From Podarcis tiliguerta (taxonomy: Eukaryota): a stretch of 64,000 nucleotides of DNA. The stretch is from NCBI GenBank assembly GCA_965153285.1, contig OZ229113.1; one strand, 5' to 3'. The notes beneath the pieces were generated by a model. It had not been told where the DNA came from. It saw only the letters and a program-made list of their open reading frames with translations, and did not search any database. The position numbers and the translations under genes are program-made. This document shows, piece after piece, positions 51,273 through 62,560 of this stretch (position 1 is its first letter; each line of letters opens with the position of its first letter).

Positions 51273-54200
51273 TTACTCTGGTTCTTTTTTAATTGTTAAT
51301 ACTTTGTCTAAGAGTCCGTATACATTTCCATTCACATTGTGTTGAAGGGACACTTTATTACTTGAGTGACTACTGTAAGTATTTCTTACATTATGAAATG
51401 GCATTTTACATTCTGCAACAGGCGATAACTCTTTCTTAAATGTGACAACAGATGAATGTTCTGTAAATGACGTATCACTCCAAACATCTTTGCCATGTGC
51501 TTCCTGAATATTAATGGAATTCCCACCTTTCTGTAACATGTAATATAATATAGGATTAGTTTTGGTCAGTCTTGGGGAATCTCGCTCATGTTCATTTTTG
51601 TCCGTATCTGTGATGACCCATTTTATAGGCCCCCTTTCTCTAGGTACATGGCAAACACTAAACTGGTCACATTCAGGTTTTGATGAAACTGTGCCTCCCA
51701 AATGTTCAGTGAAGGGAGAACTGGCAGGACTCCTCATTGCAACTGAATACTGAAATGTTCGGTGATCCAAACAATTGGTTTGCTGTCCAGGATTCCCCAT
51801 TAGCGTATGTACTGAAGGGACACTGAATTCAGTTTTGCTGTTATTTGTGAGGTTATTTTTTGTTCCTTTCTTTTTGCCATCAGTTACTGCTGAATTATTC
51901 CTATGCTGAGGCACGTCTTTTTCACAATTTTCTGACAGAAGCAGTTGTTTCAACACGTTAAATCCTTTGCTTTCTCTAGACCAACTCCTATTTTCACTTT
52001 CATTATTTGAACCGTGACCTGAAGGGTATTTTAATTCAACATCAGTTCTGCTAAATTTCAATTCTTTCTGGTTGAGTCCAGGACCATACAAGGCATCTGC
52101 AGAACACTTATGATTGTTTGCAACATCAGATATGTTACCTTTGTTACCTTTTAGCAATTTCAAATGACCTTCTGAAGGTTCAGGATGCAGCTTCCTCTTC
52201 TTTGGGACTGTGCTGGGGCTTTTTGATTCCACAAAAGTCTGTTCCGCATTTCTGTGGCTCCTGTCCAGTTCATCTGCAGAATAGCTATCTTGACTCTGCC
52301 TCAGCAATCGACTTAGTAGGCCATTCTTTGAAAAAGAAAAGCCTTGAGGTGAGAGAGGGTTGGGTTTAAATTCCTCTGATGCTGGAGAAGTAGCTGAATG
52401 TCTCTCTAATGAATGAGCTATTCCATGATATTTCTTGCTAACACTTTCCCTTACTTGCTGTGCATTTGGATTCTGAAGGGCATTTGATTCCTCAGAAGGT
52501 TCAGCTTTTATTTTTACAGTCAATATTTGTTCATTCAAAGCCTTTTCTGTCGGGTCTTGTAAACTCTCTTCTTTTGAATGCATCCTCTCCTTTGTTTCAG
52601 TCATACCTTTGTTGGAGGTTCCCAGAAGCAGTTGGAGGACAGTGCGTCTTTCAAGTAGATTCTGGATTTCTGAACTGGGAAATCTTTGTTCAGCTGGTAG
52701 AGGCTGACTACTGACAATTTTGTTTTCTTCAAGTGCACCTGATGCATTAGTAATCAGGGAGCTATTTAATCCATCTATCAATCCAACTGGTTTCTCTGGG
52801 TTTAGAGTCATCATTTGTTTGCCTGTCTGCCTTTGCTCATCTATTGACATGGAAGACTGCATCCCACATTGAGCTAAGTTTTGCAAAAGTTTACTTGCAC
52901 TAAAAGATGGATTTGTTTGTACAGTTTCATTTCTGCTCTGTTTAGTTCCTTGAATTTCTTTGTGTACTGTAAGATCTATCAAGTGTTTAGAAGCTGGATT
53001 AATTAGTCTTTCAGGCTGTATGATGCAAGTGTATGGTGGTGAATTATGTTTGACCAATAAAGGAGAATGGTGTGAAAGGTTGATGGGGGAATCCGCTTGT
53101 GTAGAATTTAGCAGAGGAGGAGTGTTTATTGGAGTAATTTGATTTGTACTAGAGCAATCTGTCATAGGAGTTCTGTTACCCATTGCTAAATTAAATTTTG
53201 TCACATCAGCTGAAACTAATGCACTCTCAGTTTCTGTGATTTTCTCAACATTGTCTTCATTTTTATGGCCAAGTAATAACTGAAGCAAAGTTACTTTCTG
53301 ATGTGGATTGAGTTTTGCATTTTTAGAGGGACTTTTCTCTTCTACATTTTCTAGACAAGGAACTTTTGAATCCCAGTTGTGAAGTATGGATTGGGTTAAA
53401 TTGTCTAGAGAAGCTGGCTGCGCAGAATCTGGTTTATTTGTTTTCTGTTTGAAAGATAAGTCTATAGGAAGACAATTAGAATGAGAACTTTCATCATCAC
53501 TGCTGTCATCTTCTGTAAAACTTGGATTGTTGTCGGAATACTCATCAACCGTAGTTGGTGTACTACTCTCCTCAAAAATACTGGACCTTTCATTCTGTTC
53601 ATATCCTTTAGTCTGCTTAGTAGCACTGTGATTTTTAAGGAGATGTAAAAGTAAACTACTGTTGGTAGGTGGTTTCATATGATTTTTTTCCATCGTTGTT
53701 TTGTAGCCTATGCTTTTAGGAGATGAATGAATTACCCCCATAGGACTCTGAAAATGTGTCATATTGCTTTTGTTGGTTATTGATTTGGTTGAAGATCTTA
53801 CCTGACCATTAGGATGGCTTTCAATTCCTTTTGACAGTTTGAAATGGCCAACATCTTTCGGAACACTTTCTTTTAATCTTGCCATAGCAGCAAGTCTCTC
53901 ACTTGCAATTTGACTTGCATTTTGTGCTTTTAGAGCATGTTCTCTGGAGTACTGCTGCAAGTGCGCTTCACTTGAAAGAAGCAAGGCTAGCTGACTACAA
54001 GCCACACTGGGTTTAGGAGACGTAGCAGGACTAGACCTTTTTTCCACCATGCTTGCAACAGCTTGTAATCTTGCAGCACAAGACAACGACTCACTCATCA
54101 CCTTGGAACCACTTTGTCCTGTATGCGAAGATTCTATAAACCGATCTTTAACCAGATTAGCTGTTAGCTCAGGCAGACCAGTCTCCAGCTTTTCATCTTT

Positions 54201-54782
54201 TGCTTTGCTCTTCTTCAGGAGAGTCTTCAAGTGACTGGATGCAACACCATAGCACCTTAAGTCTTTCTCAACTTGCAGAGAATCCTGGCTAAGGGAATAC
54301 CCTTGCTCCTTGAGGCTCTGCCTAATCTGTTGTGACAAAGCAACGCTCTGCAGCCTAGAGCTGAATGACTGAAGCAAAGAGGCCAGTAATGTGCTATCCT
54401 GTTTGCCTTTAGGCACATTTTCAACCATGCCAGCTAACAAAGCTTCTTTTTTCCCATTTAAATCCACAATAGAATCAGACAAGCGTCTTCTCTTTGCTGC
54501 ATTCCAGTCTTCAGAAGACTGCAATAGCCTTGCCTTTTTGTGATGCAGCATGCCAGAACCTTGATATGTATGTGTGTTAGCAACTGAACCATCTCTCTGA
54601 CAGCTGGGAGATGTATTTCCAGAAACCCTGAAGTTCTGATCTTCTGCACCAGGCCCAACAGGCTTTTTGTCAACCGCAGAACCCGAACCTCCTGCTGCTT
54701 GATGCATTAGTAATCCCTCTAGGTAAGTTAGAACAACGGAATCCTGGTGCATCTCAGAGACAAGCTCTTCTCCATGAGTCAT
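51273..54782 (-). CDS. NRIP1: Nuclear receptor-interacting protein 1 (RIP140), complete single-exon CDS, 1169 aa
   Basis: The ORF starts MTHGEELVSEMHQDSVVLTYLEGLLMHQAAGGSG, the recognisable RIP140 N-terminus. The true ATG is at 54782; the track's extra MWILVLN comes from a non-ATG start. All nine LxxLL boxes are present (LEGLL, LASLL, LKTLL, LALLL, LLHLL, LLQLL, LQLLL, LSRLL, LKQLL), plus the LYYML motif, CtBP motifs PIDLS and PINLS, basic NLS-like KRRR and PKKRK, and C-terminal VLTIKKE. Confidence 0.99.
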   Translation of the reverse strand: MTHGEELVSEMHQDSVVLTYLEGLLMHQAAGGSGSAVDKKPVGPGAEDQNFRVSGNTSPSCQRDGSVANTHTYQGSGMLHHKKARLLQSSEDWNAAKRRRLSDSIVDLNGKKEALLAGMVENVPKGKQDSTLLASLLQSFSSRLQSVALSQQIRQSLKEQGYSLSQDSLQVEKDLRCYGVASSHLKTLLKKSKAKDEKLETGLPELTANLVKDRFIESSHTGQSGSKVMSESLSCAARLQAVASMVEKRSSPATSPKPSVACSQLALLLSSEAHLQQYSREHALKAQNASQIASERLAAMARLKESVPKDVGHFKLSKGIESHPNGQVRSSTKSITNKSNMTHFQSPMGVIHSSPKSIGYKTTMEKNHMKPPTNSSLLLHLLKNHSATKQTKGYEQNERSSIFEESSTPTTVDEYSDNNPSFTEDDSSDDESSHSNCLPIDLSFKQKTNKPDSAQPASLDNLTQSILHNWDSKVPCLENVEEKSPSKNAKLNPHQKVTLLQLLLGHKNEDNVEKITETESALVSADVTKFNLAMGNRTPMTDCSSTNQITPINTPPLLNSTQADSPINLSHHSPLLVKHNSPPYTCIIQPERLINPASKHLIDLTVHKEIQGTKQSRNETVQTNPSFSASKLLQNLAQCGMQSSMSIDEQRQTGKQMMTLNPEKPVGLIDGLNSSLITNASGALEENKIVSSQPLPAEQRFPSSEIQNLLERRTVLQLLLGTSNKGMTETKERMHSKEESLQDPTEKALNEQILTVKIKAEPSEESNALQNPNAQQVRESVSKKYHGIAHSLERHSATSPASEEFKPNPLSPQGFSFSKNGLLSRLLRQSQDSYSADELDRSHRNAEQTFVESKSPSTVPKKRKLHPEPSEGHLKLLKGNKGNISDVANNHKCSADALYGPGLNQKELKFSRTDVELKYPSGHGSNNESENRSWSRESKGFNVLKQLLLSENCEKDVPQHRNNSAVTDGKKKGTKNNLTNNSKTEFSVPSVHTLMGNPGQQTNCLDHRTFQYSVAMRSPASSPFTEHLGGTVSSKPECDQFSVCHVPRERGPIKWVITDTDKNEHERDSPRLTKTNPILYYMLQKGGNSINIQEAHGKDVWSDTSFTEHSSVVTFKKELSPVAECKMPFHNVRNTYSSHSSNKVSLQHNVNGNVYGLLDKVLTIKKEPE

Positions 54783-55134
54783 GTTCAATACAAGTATCCA
54801 CAAAGGCTCCCTTTTTATTCACTTTAAGGACTAACTTGTTATTGGTGAACTGAGATTCAGATTAATAAGCAAGTCTACTGTTGCCTACAAAATGTGATGC
54901 AGAACAGGTGCAGTAGTCCTTGATTGATTCTCTCATTAAGTTTTTGTGGAAAACTAAAAGTTCCATTTTTATGCATCTCTGCTGCGGTATGCACATGCAT
55001 TTATGAAGGTGATCCAGATTGACTTATTTAAAACATGGTTCCAGAGGAAACATATTCATATTCTTCTAGTAGATTTCTGCAGCTGAGGTTTTCTTTTTTC
55101 AGTCTTTTCTCATCATATTGTACATGCTTAATTC
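54783..55134 (-). other. NRIP1: 5'UTR portion of the NRIP1 terminal (coding) exon
   Basis: Lies between a strong acceptor and the ATG. The 352-nt length is similar to the roughly 0.3 kb non-coding lead-in of the mammalian NRIP1 coding exon. Confidence 0.8.
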
Positions 55135-55170
55135 CTATGAAGCAAAAAAGAAGAAAAAAATCAGCAAAAG
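55135..55170 (-). promoter_or_regulatory. 3' splice acceptor (branch point, polypyrimidine tract, AG) of the NRIP1 coding exon
   Basis: The minus strand reads ...ttttgCTGATttttttcttcttttttgcttcaTAG|GAATTAAG: a branch-like CTGAT, a long pyrimidine tract and a terminal TAG. Confidence 0.85.
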
Positions 55171-55337
55171 TATTTTGAAGGTACCAAAATTGTATTCAAG
55201 CAAAAACAGAAGCGCATCACACAGCTCTGTAGTCTTTTGATCAGCTAATTCTTCCTGAACAAACCAGCACCTTGCACTTTTGTTTCCCTATAAAGTGTTG
55301 CTTGAAAGCCCCTCTTCACACAAATGATAGGTTACAG

Positions 55338-55473
55338 CAGGCATAGGCAAACTCGGCCCTCCAGATGTTTTGAGACTACAATTCCCATCACCCCTGACCA
55401 CTGGCCCTGTTAGGTATGGATGATGGGAGTTGTAGCTCCAAAACATCTGGAGGGCCAAGCTTGCCTGTGTCTG
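55338..55473. mobile_element. 136-bp hAT MITE about 200 bp from the NRIP1 acceptor
   Basis: TIRs caggcataggcaaactcggccctccagatg / catctggagggccaagcttgcctgtgtctg; TSD ggttacag / gattacag. Confidence 0.9.
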
Positions 55474-56334
55474 GATTACAGTTAACAAAATGTCCCAATA
55501 CAGGCATTGAAAAGAGGGGAGGGCACAATGGGCTGCACAGAGTCAGGGACAAACTGAAGCACCTTGGCTGTCCTGTCCCCTGCCCCAACATGAAGCCACG
55601 GAATGACGGCAGAAACTGGAAAGCAAGCACTTGATGTTGGTGTCTGCCTTCCTTAACAAATACATGATTCAGATAGAGTTTACTGTGAAACTGGTTATCA
55701 TTATCATCTCAGAAAGAAGGACACCCTTTGGTATTCACTACTATACATTGTATTGTGTGTCACCATTTGGAAATGATCGTGAAAGAGAAGAACACGGAGG
55801 CTTTTAGGGAGCCAGCAAACTGCTAAATGTACCCTGTCTTCCAGAATAACAGGCTAAAGATATATCGGCATGGATAGAACAGCAAAGGATTTGGGCCACA
55901 GTCAAGAAAGGCTACTTTCCACGTATGACTATGTGCAGATTTTAATAACTTTTTCTTGTACAGCCAATCAATTGGCTAGATTTATATGGAAAGGTGGGCT
56001 GCCTCTCCAGCCAAGTGAGTGGGCACATAAAAAAACCCAAAACTGACTGCTAACTTTGTTGCTCTGGACTTTTATGTGCCAATAAAGTTTTTTTAAAAGG
56101 GAAATGGTAAGCATTAAAAAATTCAAGATAAATATTTATTTCCTAACTTAAAAAAGATGTAATAGCTTTAAAACAAGTCTATTAACAAATCTCAGTCATA
56201 AGAGCCAGTGCCTAATGAATGAAGCATTAATCTAAAGAGCATGAGAATTAGCTAAAAATCAAAGAAAATAAACATCAAAATTAGTGTCACAAAAACCACC
56301 CTATACCTGTGACTGTGACCTGTTTTAACCGCTT

Positions 56335-56336
<2 letters not shown>

Positions 56337-56372
<36 letters not shown>
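56337..56372. repeat. (AAT)n microsatellite
   Basis: Directly visible. Confidence 0.95.
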
Positions 56373-56376
<4 letters not shown>

Positions 56377-56929
56377 TTATTATTTATAATTTTAACACTG
56401 TTGTACCATGAACTGAAACCAGCTGGTGAAGGGTGGGTGTTAATAATAAATAATATACAAACTCTGATAACAAAAAATACCGCCTCCAGGGTACCTAAAC
56501 TCTGGATACAATAGATATGAATGAAATATTTATGAAATAATTAGAATCCAGCTATTTGAGTATAAACAAATGTGTAGCAATGTATCATCAAATTGCAGCC
56601 TTTGATCTTTGACTCTTTGCATTATCTGCCACTTTTATGTCAACTTCTAGTTACTCTGTTTAAGGCTCTCCTACCTTCATCTGCCCCAATTCTCCTTCTC
56701 AGGGCCTAATTTGATTTCTGCCTTCTGTAGTCCCCACCATAGTCAACACCAGCTGCTCCCTCTGCCTCAAACAGATAGTTACAAGTCCTATTTTTAAAAA
56801 ATTAGTAACAAAAACTCATTAAACCGACTTTTGTAGAGTTACTAGATTTTAATATGGAGAAATGTCATTGTTCTACAAAATAAATTTGTCACTGAATGTC
56901 TATAAGTACTCCGAAAATGATTCATGTGT

Positions 56930-57040
56930 TATGAACTGAGGCCGGTATGTGTGCGTAACTGTTCACACAAATGATTTGCTTGCGTGATGCGTATTCATAA
57001 AGGAGGTGACTCATGAAAGACATGGTGGGAACTTCCATGA
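56930..57040. promoter_or_regulatory. Candidate intronic enhancer (XRE + AP-1 + NF-kB)
   Basis: TTGCGTG at 56980-56986, TGACTCA at 57007-57013, GGGAACTTCC at 57027-57036; CpGs locally retained. Confidence 0.45.
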
Positions 57041-58383
57041 GCAGAGAAAATGAGTGTGTCAGCTTTTTAGAAGTTACACTTCAAATACTGGCTTGTGGAA
57101 ACAAGGAGTTGTGTCTTTCCTCTCCCCAAATCTGTTCCAGGGAGTCCTCCAATGAATTGGAGCAGACTTTGAGGGTGCACAGGGGGATGTAGGGGAAAAG
57201 AGAGCAAGAAGATCTGCTAGGCAAGTGAAGGTACGATGTGTGAGCGGAACAACTTCTGCACATAGTCAAGCTGTTTCAAACGAATGAAATTATAAGGACA
57301 TGTTTCTACAGAATTCTTTTATGAGTTAAGAGTTCTACTAAACAGTGAAAACCTTACAAATATTATACTAAATCCACTACATAAATTGCCATACGAGTTA
57401 GTGATTTGTATGTGCGGTCTACTATTTTATGTTTGCTAACATGTCAAAAAAAAGGGGGAGGGGGAATCAGTGATAGAGATCTGAATTCAGGACATCAAGA
57501 ATTCACGGTAGTCTTGCAGCAGTTTCTCTGACCTCGTGTGGAGGATTTTTCATTAGTATGTTTTGATAATACATAAAATAGATATAAATAAAAACTTGTA
57601 AGATTGTGATGTTTATGACATTAGAACAGCATAATTACCAGTCAACTACTAATATTTGGAAATTTGAAAGTGCTGAGATGATATGGGTCTAGAATATACA
57701 ACTGTGGTAACACTACTGTCCTTGGAACCGTAAATAACTTCCACAGTATTTCCACACACCCCGTTGCCACCACAATATAGGTATCCTTGATGCATATCTG
57801 GTTCTCGATCAAGTGATCCTGAGATCTCATCCTCTGGGTTAGAAGAGGGGGCTGAACCTAAGGCAAATAAACCCTTCTGCCCTCTTACTAAATATCTTTT
57901 TTAATTGGGAGAGGACTAGGCTGCATAAGCACTATTTTCCTCACGTATCTCTGGATTGGGGGCAGTAATGCAGTACAGGAAGAAAAAGGTTATTTAGCTT
58001 AAACATTCACTCTAAGGACACACACTCTTAAGTAATTTATCAAATTTATGTTGATAAAGTGTCAGCAATTTTGAGCAAAAGACATGATAGATAATCAGAA
58101 AGTTGTGGCCATAGCTCTTAGTAGAATGTTTTATATATGTCTTCATGAATGCTACGGAAAGAAAGTAATTGCAAAATAGCAAGAAAGGGCTATTTATCTT
58201 TGCTACTTGTTCTATTAATGATAGTTGTTGAAATGAATCTTACTACCTAAGTAGTGGAAATCAATACTGACACATCTGCAAATATCAGGTTTCCCATTCA
58301 AATCATTCTCCCAAGAATAAACATTGTACTCAGTATGAGAACTTCACAACCAATTAATTTGCAGCTTACATGACTAATAATAG

Positions 58384-59020
58384 TGTTATTAATTGGGGGG
58401 GGGGTGCAGACTCCCCATAATCCTAACTGGCAGATTTTAGCCAGTATTTGGAGTATGGAGGGAAGATGCTAGGCCAGTGAAAAATACAGGCTGAACCAGT
58501 CCTCCTATTCAGAAAATGGTTGCTAGCGATGCCCTTAAGAGACCCAAGTACTGGGCCATTAAGAACAACTGACCATGCAGATGCTGTCCTCCCTGCCAAC
58601 GAAGAAGTGGACAGGAACAGAAGAACTGAGAGAGGGAGGTTTCCAGTGGTAATGGGGTATGATGTCACCACAGGAAAAAAGGTATCCTTTTAAAACAGGT
58701 TTTGCAGCAGGTGTTTCGGGGAAGAAGAATGAAAGGCACTGGTTGGAGGAGGCTGCACGCAGAGCCTGGTCCCCTTCTGCTTTGGACCCAAACATGCCAA
58801 AGCTATGAGAGAAGCAACGAGAGACCCCCTTGCAGTGTGTTGTTCTGCACTTCCTCCATCAAAACTCAGGTTATAAATGTGTGTGCAAAGTAAATCACAT
58901 TTCATAAAGACAGGGCAGTTTCTGCTGCACCTCATTCCCAAGGAACACAAATCCTTGTTAGGGGCCTAAGACCCCTGGGATCTTGTTACCGCTCAGCAGA
59001 GATTGGGGTGGCCTGTAACA
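58384..59020 (+). mobile_element. Putative solo LTR (Gypsy/ERV type)
   Basis: TGTTA...TAACA termini, near-matching 4-bp flanks atag / ctag, and a second homologous copy at about 7500-7835. Confidence 0.55.
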
Positions 59021-60854
59021 CTAGGAATAAAATGGGAAATTGTTGTTAACCATATTTCCTTTCATAACATGCTTAAATCAGACGTAGCTTAGGACTGCAC
59101 ATTCTAGCCAAAACCAACATTCAAAACAGGGTAGGTGGATTTAGGCTAATTTAACTTGCCGTAACAACTGCTTTCTGCTGTTCAAGGCTGTTATGGTTCC
59201 CATATTTTGCACTTCAATGGAAGCAACTGGTGGGGGCGAGAATAGTAGCCAAGTGTTAAGTGTCACAGGGAACGATATGAGGAACACATTACAGAGAGTT
59301 TATATGTGTACATATGAGGGAGAAAAACACTGTGTGAATTATTGAGAAATTAGCAGCCTGCTCTTCATATTAGGAAAATGTGACTATAAGATTATGATTT
59401 AACGTTAGTATCAGTATAACATTCAAATTCAACTTTAAGTCATCTCTAGTCTTAATTATTGAATTATAATTGCATTATAATGTGTTGCATATGAGGCCTT
59501 CTTAGAAGTGGATTCCTTGCCTATGGAATGGGAGACCTGCCTGGTGCTGACATTAACATCTTTTCAGCAACAGACAAAGCTTTTTCTGTTTTTCTAGGTA
59601 TTTGGTTGTTAAGATCTTTTGTGTTTGGGGGGACATTTTAGCTGGTTTGAAAAGTGAAGCTTTACTAAAACATACACAATTCATGACACCACAGAAATCT
59701 GTTTTGAAATATTGATGGAAAGCATCTAGTTATTAAAATGGACCACTTTAAATTATATATGAATCAAAATTAATAATTTTTTAGAATTAGGAAATGTATT
59801 TTGACATTATTGTGTTTCAGTACATTCCAAAGTCTCAGTCGATGCTTGAACAAAGTTAATTACATGATCATTTAACTTCAGTACTGAATTATTAATAGAA
59901 GAGTAAAAATGTAGATAAGAATGCATAAATAAATGTATCAAACTCAGTTATAAAAATGAATTTGAGAGCTGGAGAAGACTTGATCACAAAGTATATGCGT
60001 GCACACACCCACACCCATTATTGACAAATAATGCACATTTTGGAAAATATTCTAAATCACTATAAATAATTGTACTCTTCTTAAAAATATTGTATGATTA
60101 CTGGAAAAAGAACAAAATTAATAACTGTTTTGAACTTTTAAATCCTATTGAACAATTATTAAAGTTGTAATGAAATCCTATGGTTTGTTTACTGCTAAAA
60201 TAGATTTGACATATGCATGGTACAAGTTCAAGGTCACTGATCAGGAAATAAGATTACAAATAGGACTGATGTAACAGCTGGCTTCTGATCAAAGCTTCAG
60301 GGATTTTAATACACTTACCAGAAAATACACTGCATTTCCTTATATAGTGTAGTTTTTAAGGTATTATAAACAAATCCATGTATTTATTTTCTGTAGCACA
60401 GCATTCAAAACACAACATCAAACCCAGAGAAAACTAGTCTATGTTAATGAAAGAAGTGTTATTTTCTGTCACAAGCTATTGTCTGAATAAAGTAGGTAAT
60501 CTATTGGTTCATTCCAACCTACAGTTCTATTGTTAATCCAAAGCAGCCTGTGCAAAGCAGTTTTGTGTGACCACAGGATGCTGCATTCCTATTATGACAC
60601 AGCTCAGTGTTGAATAGGTTCCCCACCACCTTTTAAAACAAAGATCTCTGACATGGTTTGTATGGGTCCAATGGCATCATTGAGATCTTCCCCTGGTGCC
60701 CATGTAGCCTCTGAGTTTTTGCACCAACTACCCCATGATGATGGGGTGGCTATATTCTCCCCCACTTCCCCAAAAAAGGAGGTTTGAAGAGTGACAATGT
60801 TTCCAATTTCTTCTTTCAGATCTTTGGGCTAAAATCAACAAGTCCCGCTAGACG

Positions 60855-60992
60855 CAGTGTTTCTCAACCTGTGGGTCCCCAGATGTTGTTGGACTACAAC
60901 TCCCATCATTCCTAGCCAGCATGACCAATGCTCAGGGATGATGGGAGTTGTAGTCCAACAACATTTGGGGACCCACAGGCTGAGAACCGCTG
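60855..60992. mobile_element. hAT MITE (about 138 bp), near-perfect palindrome
   Basis: cagtgtttctcaacctgtgggtcccc / ggggacccacaggctgagaaccgctg; flanks cgctagac / cgctagag. Confidence 0.9.
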
Positions 60993-61789
60993 CGCTAGAG
61001 GAATGGATTCCTCCCCATCTCCTTATGCAACCTCTACATCCCTCCCCAAATCTGTTCTGGAGGGTCAGAAGAAAGCCCAGAGCAGAGTGCAGGGCAGGAG
61101 AGGGCAGACACTTCCATCTGGCAAGAAGAAATCCTTGGCCTGACAGAACAATTGCCTTGGCACAAGGCTGAATTCCATCTTGTGTGTTTTGTCAAGGCTA
61201 AAAAGATTAGTGACCCTATTACGTTTTGGAACAAGTTTCAGAAGAAATATATATAAAATTTTAATACAATTTATCTGCACTGTTGTAATATGATAATTCT
61301 CATGCCATCTATCATTATCTATTTGTACAAATATCCTGTGTTTTTTTCCTCACAACCAGGGACAATAAAAATAAACAGAGGCTTTGGGTGCTTTTGGGGA
61401 GCACAGAAGGTTACAGTAAGGAAGATGGGAAGATGTGAGAGCCATTTTCCATTCACAATACGTTGGATACAGCCCTATATTTGCTTAATGGACAAAGAAA
61501 TAAGCGAAAGGATGGGGAATCAAAGTATCTTAGGCACAAATGCTACAAGCAGATATATGCTGGATACAAGTCAACTTCAAACCTAACTAGGAGGTTGTTG
61601 TAAACCAGGATCGCTCATCACAACACAATGTAACTTGGATACTGTAAAAGTTAAGCTAAGCTTTGCCAAAGTCTAGATCCACCAGCACAGGAGGTGGGGG
61701 GGGGGGTGAGGACCACATTAGACCAATGCTTTGCTCTGACCCATTCACATAGCACTAGACTATGTCTATCATGTTCCAGTCCAAGGGTC

Positions 61790-62560
61790 ACACTCGCCAA
61801 TTATTCTGTAATAATTGTCTTTCAAATTGTGAGCTCTGGTTTGGGGAATCCATTTTTAAAAAAATCAAACTTAAACATATCATGTAACTGATGATACTGT
61901 AACCAAGCAGTAACTTGGCTCCTTAAGTCTTCCACTGGGTTCAGTCTGGGTTCCCTCCCTGTAAGGCCCAACCATTCCCTATAGGTCACCCATTGTCTAT
62001 CCATATTAACTCTCTTAATTGCAATTGCTTCAGTGGGGGATAGCCATTAAGGTGCTTTTCTTTACAGCAAGTTTTTATATTTATCCCAAACTCTATACAA
62101 ATCCTTCCTAACAATCTGTTTTGTAAAACCCTTATAAACTTTAGCTTTCCCATACATACCAAAGACATGCATGCCAGCCAAATTTCTTTCCATGGCCTTC
62201 CAAATCTAAAATGTCTGCGTTTTCAATTCAATCCATTCCTTCAGCCAACACAAGGAAGCTGCCTCGTTGAAAGTCTGGCAGGGCAAAGCCTCCTCTTTTA
62301 TATCTGTCCAATTTTTATGTTTAATTTGTGGCTTTCCCCCCTGCCAGATAAATTTAGAAATATATTTTCCCTTCTTTGAGGCTACTTAACTTACTTAAAA
62401 ACAGGATACATTGGAATAAGACCAGCAACTTAGGTAGAATTCCAGCCATCAAAATAAATGTATAACGTAACAGGGAAAGTTTCATCCTTCCCCAAATCTC
62501 TAACTCCTTAATTTATTTCCACAATTTTATATTTTGAAATAAGTTGAGATTCCTCACTGT
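61790..62560 (-). mobile_element. Degraded L1-clade LINE ORF2 fragment
   Basis: Frameshifted minus-strand translation gives ILPKLLVLFQ...FIWQG.KPQIK...RGGFALPDF...WLKEWI...LDLEG...FGWHA.LWY, the post-RT region of L1. Confidence 0.8.

Noticed and set aside
51562-54673. Short antisense and alternative-frame ORFs over NRIP1
   Set aside because: Expected shadows of a long coding sequence; no independent support.
54783-54803. N-terminal extension MWILVLN in the ORF track
   Set aside because: It begins at a non-ATG codon. The conserved RIP140 start is MTHGEE at 54782.
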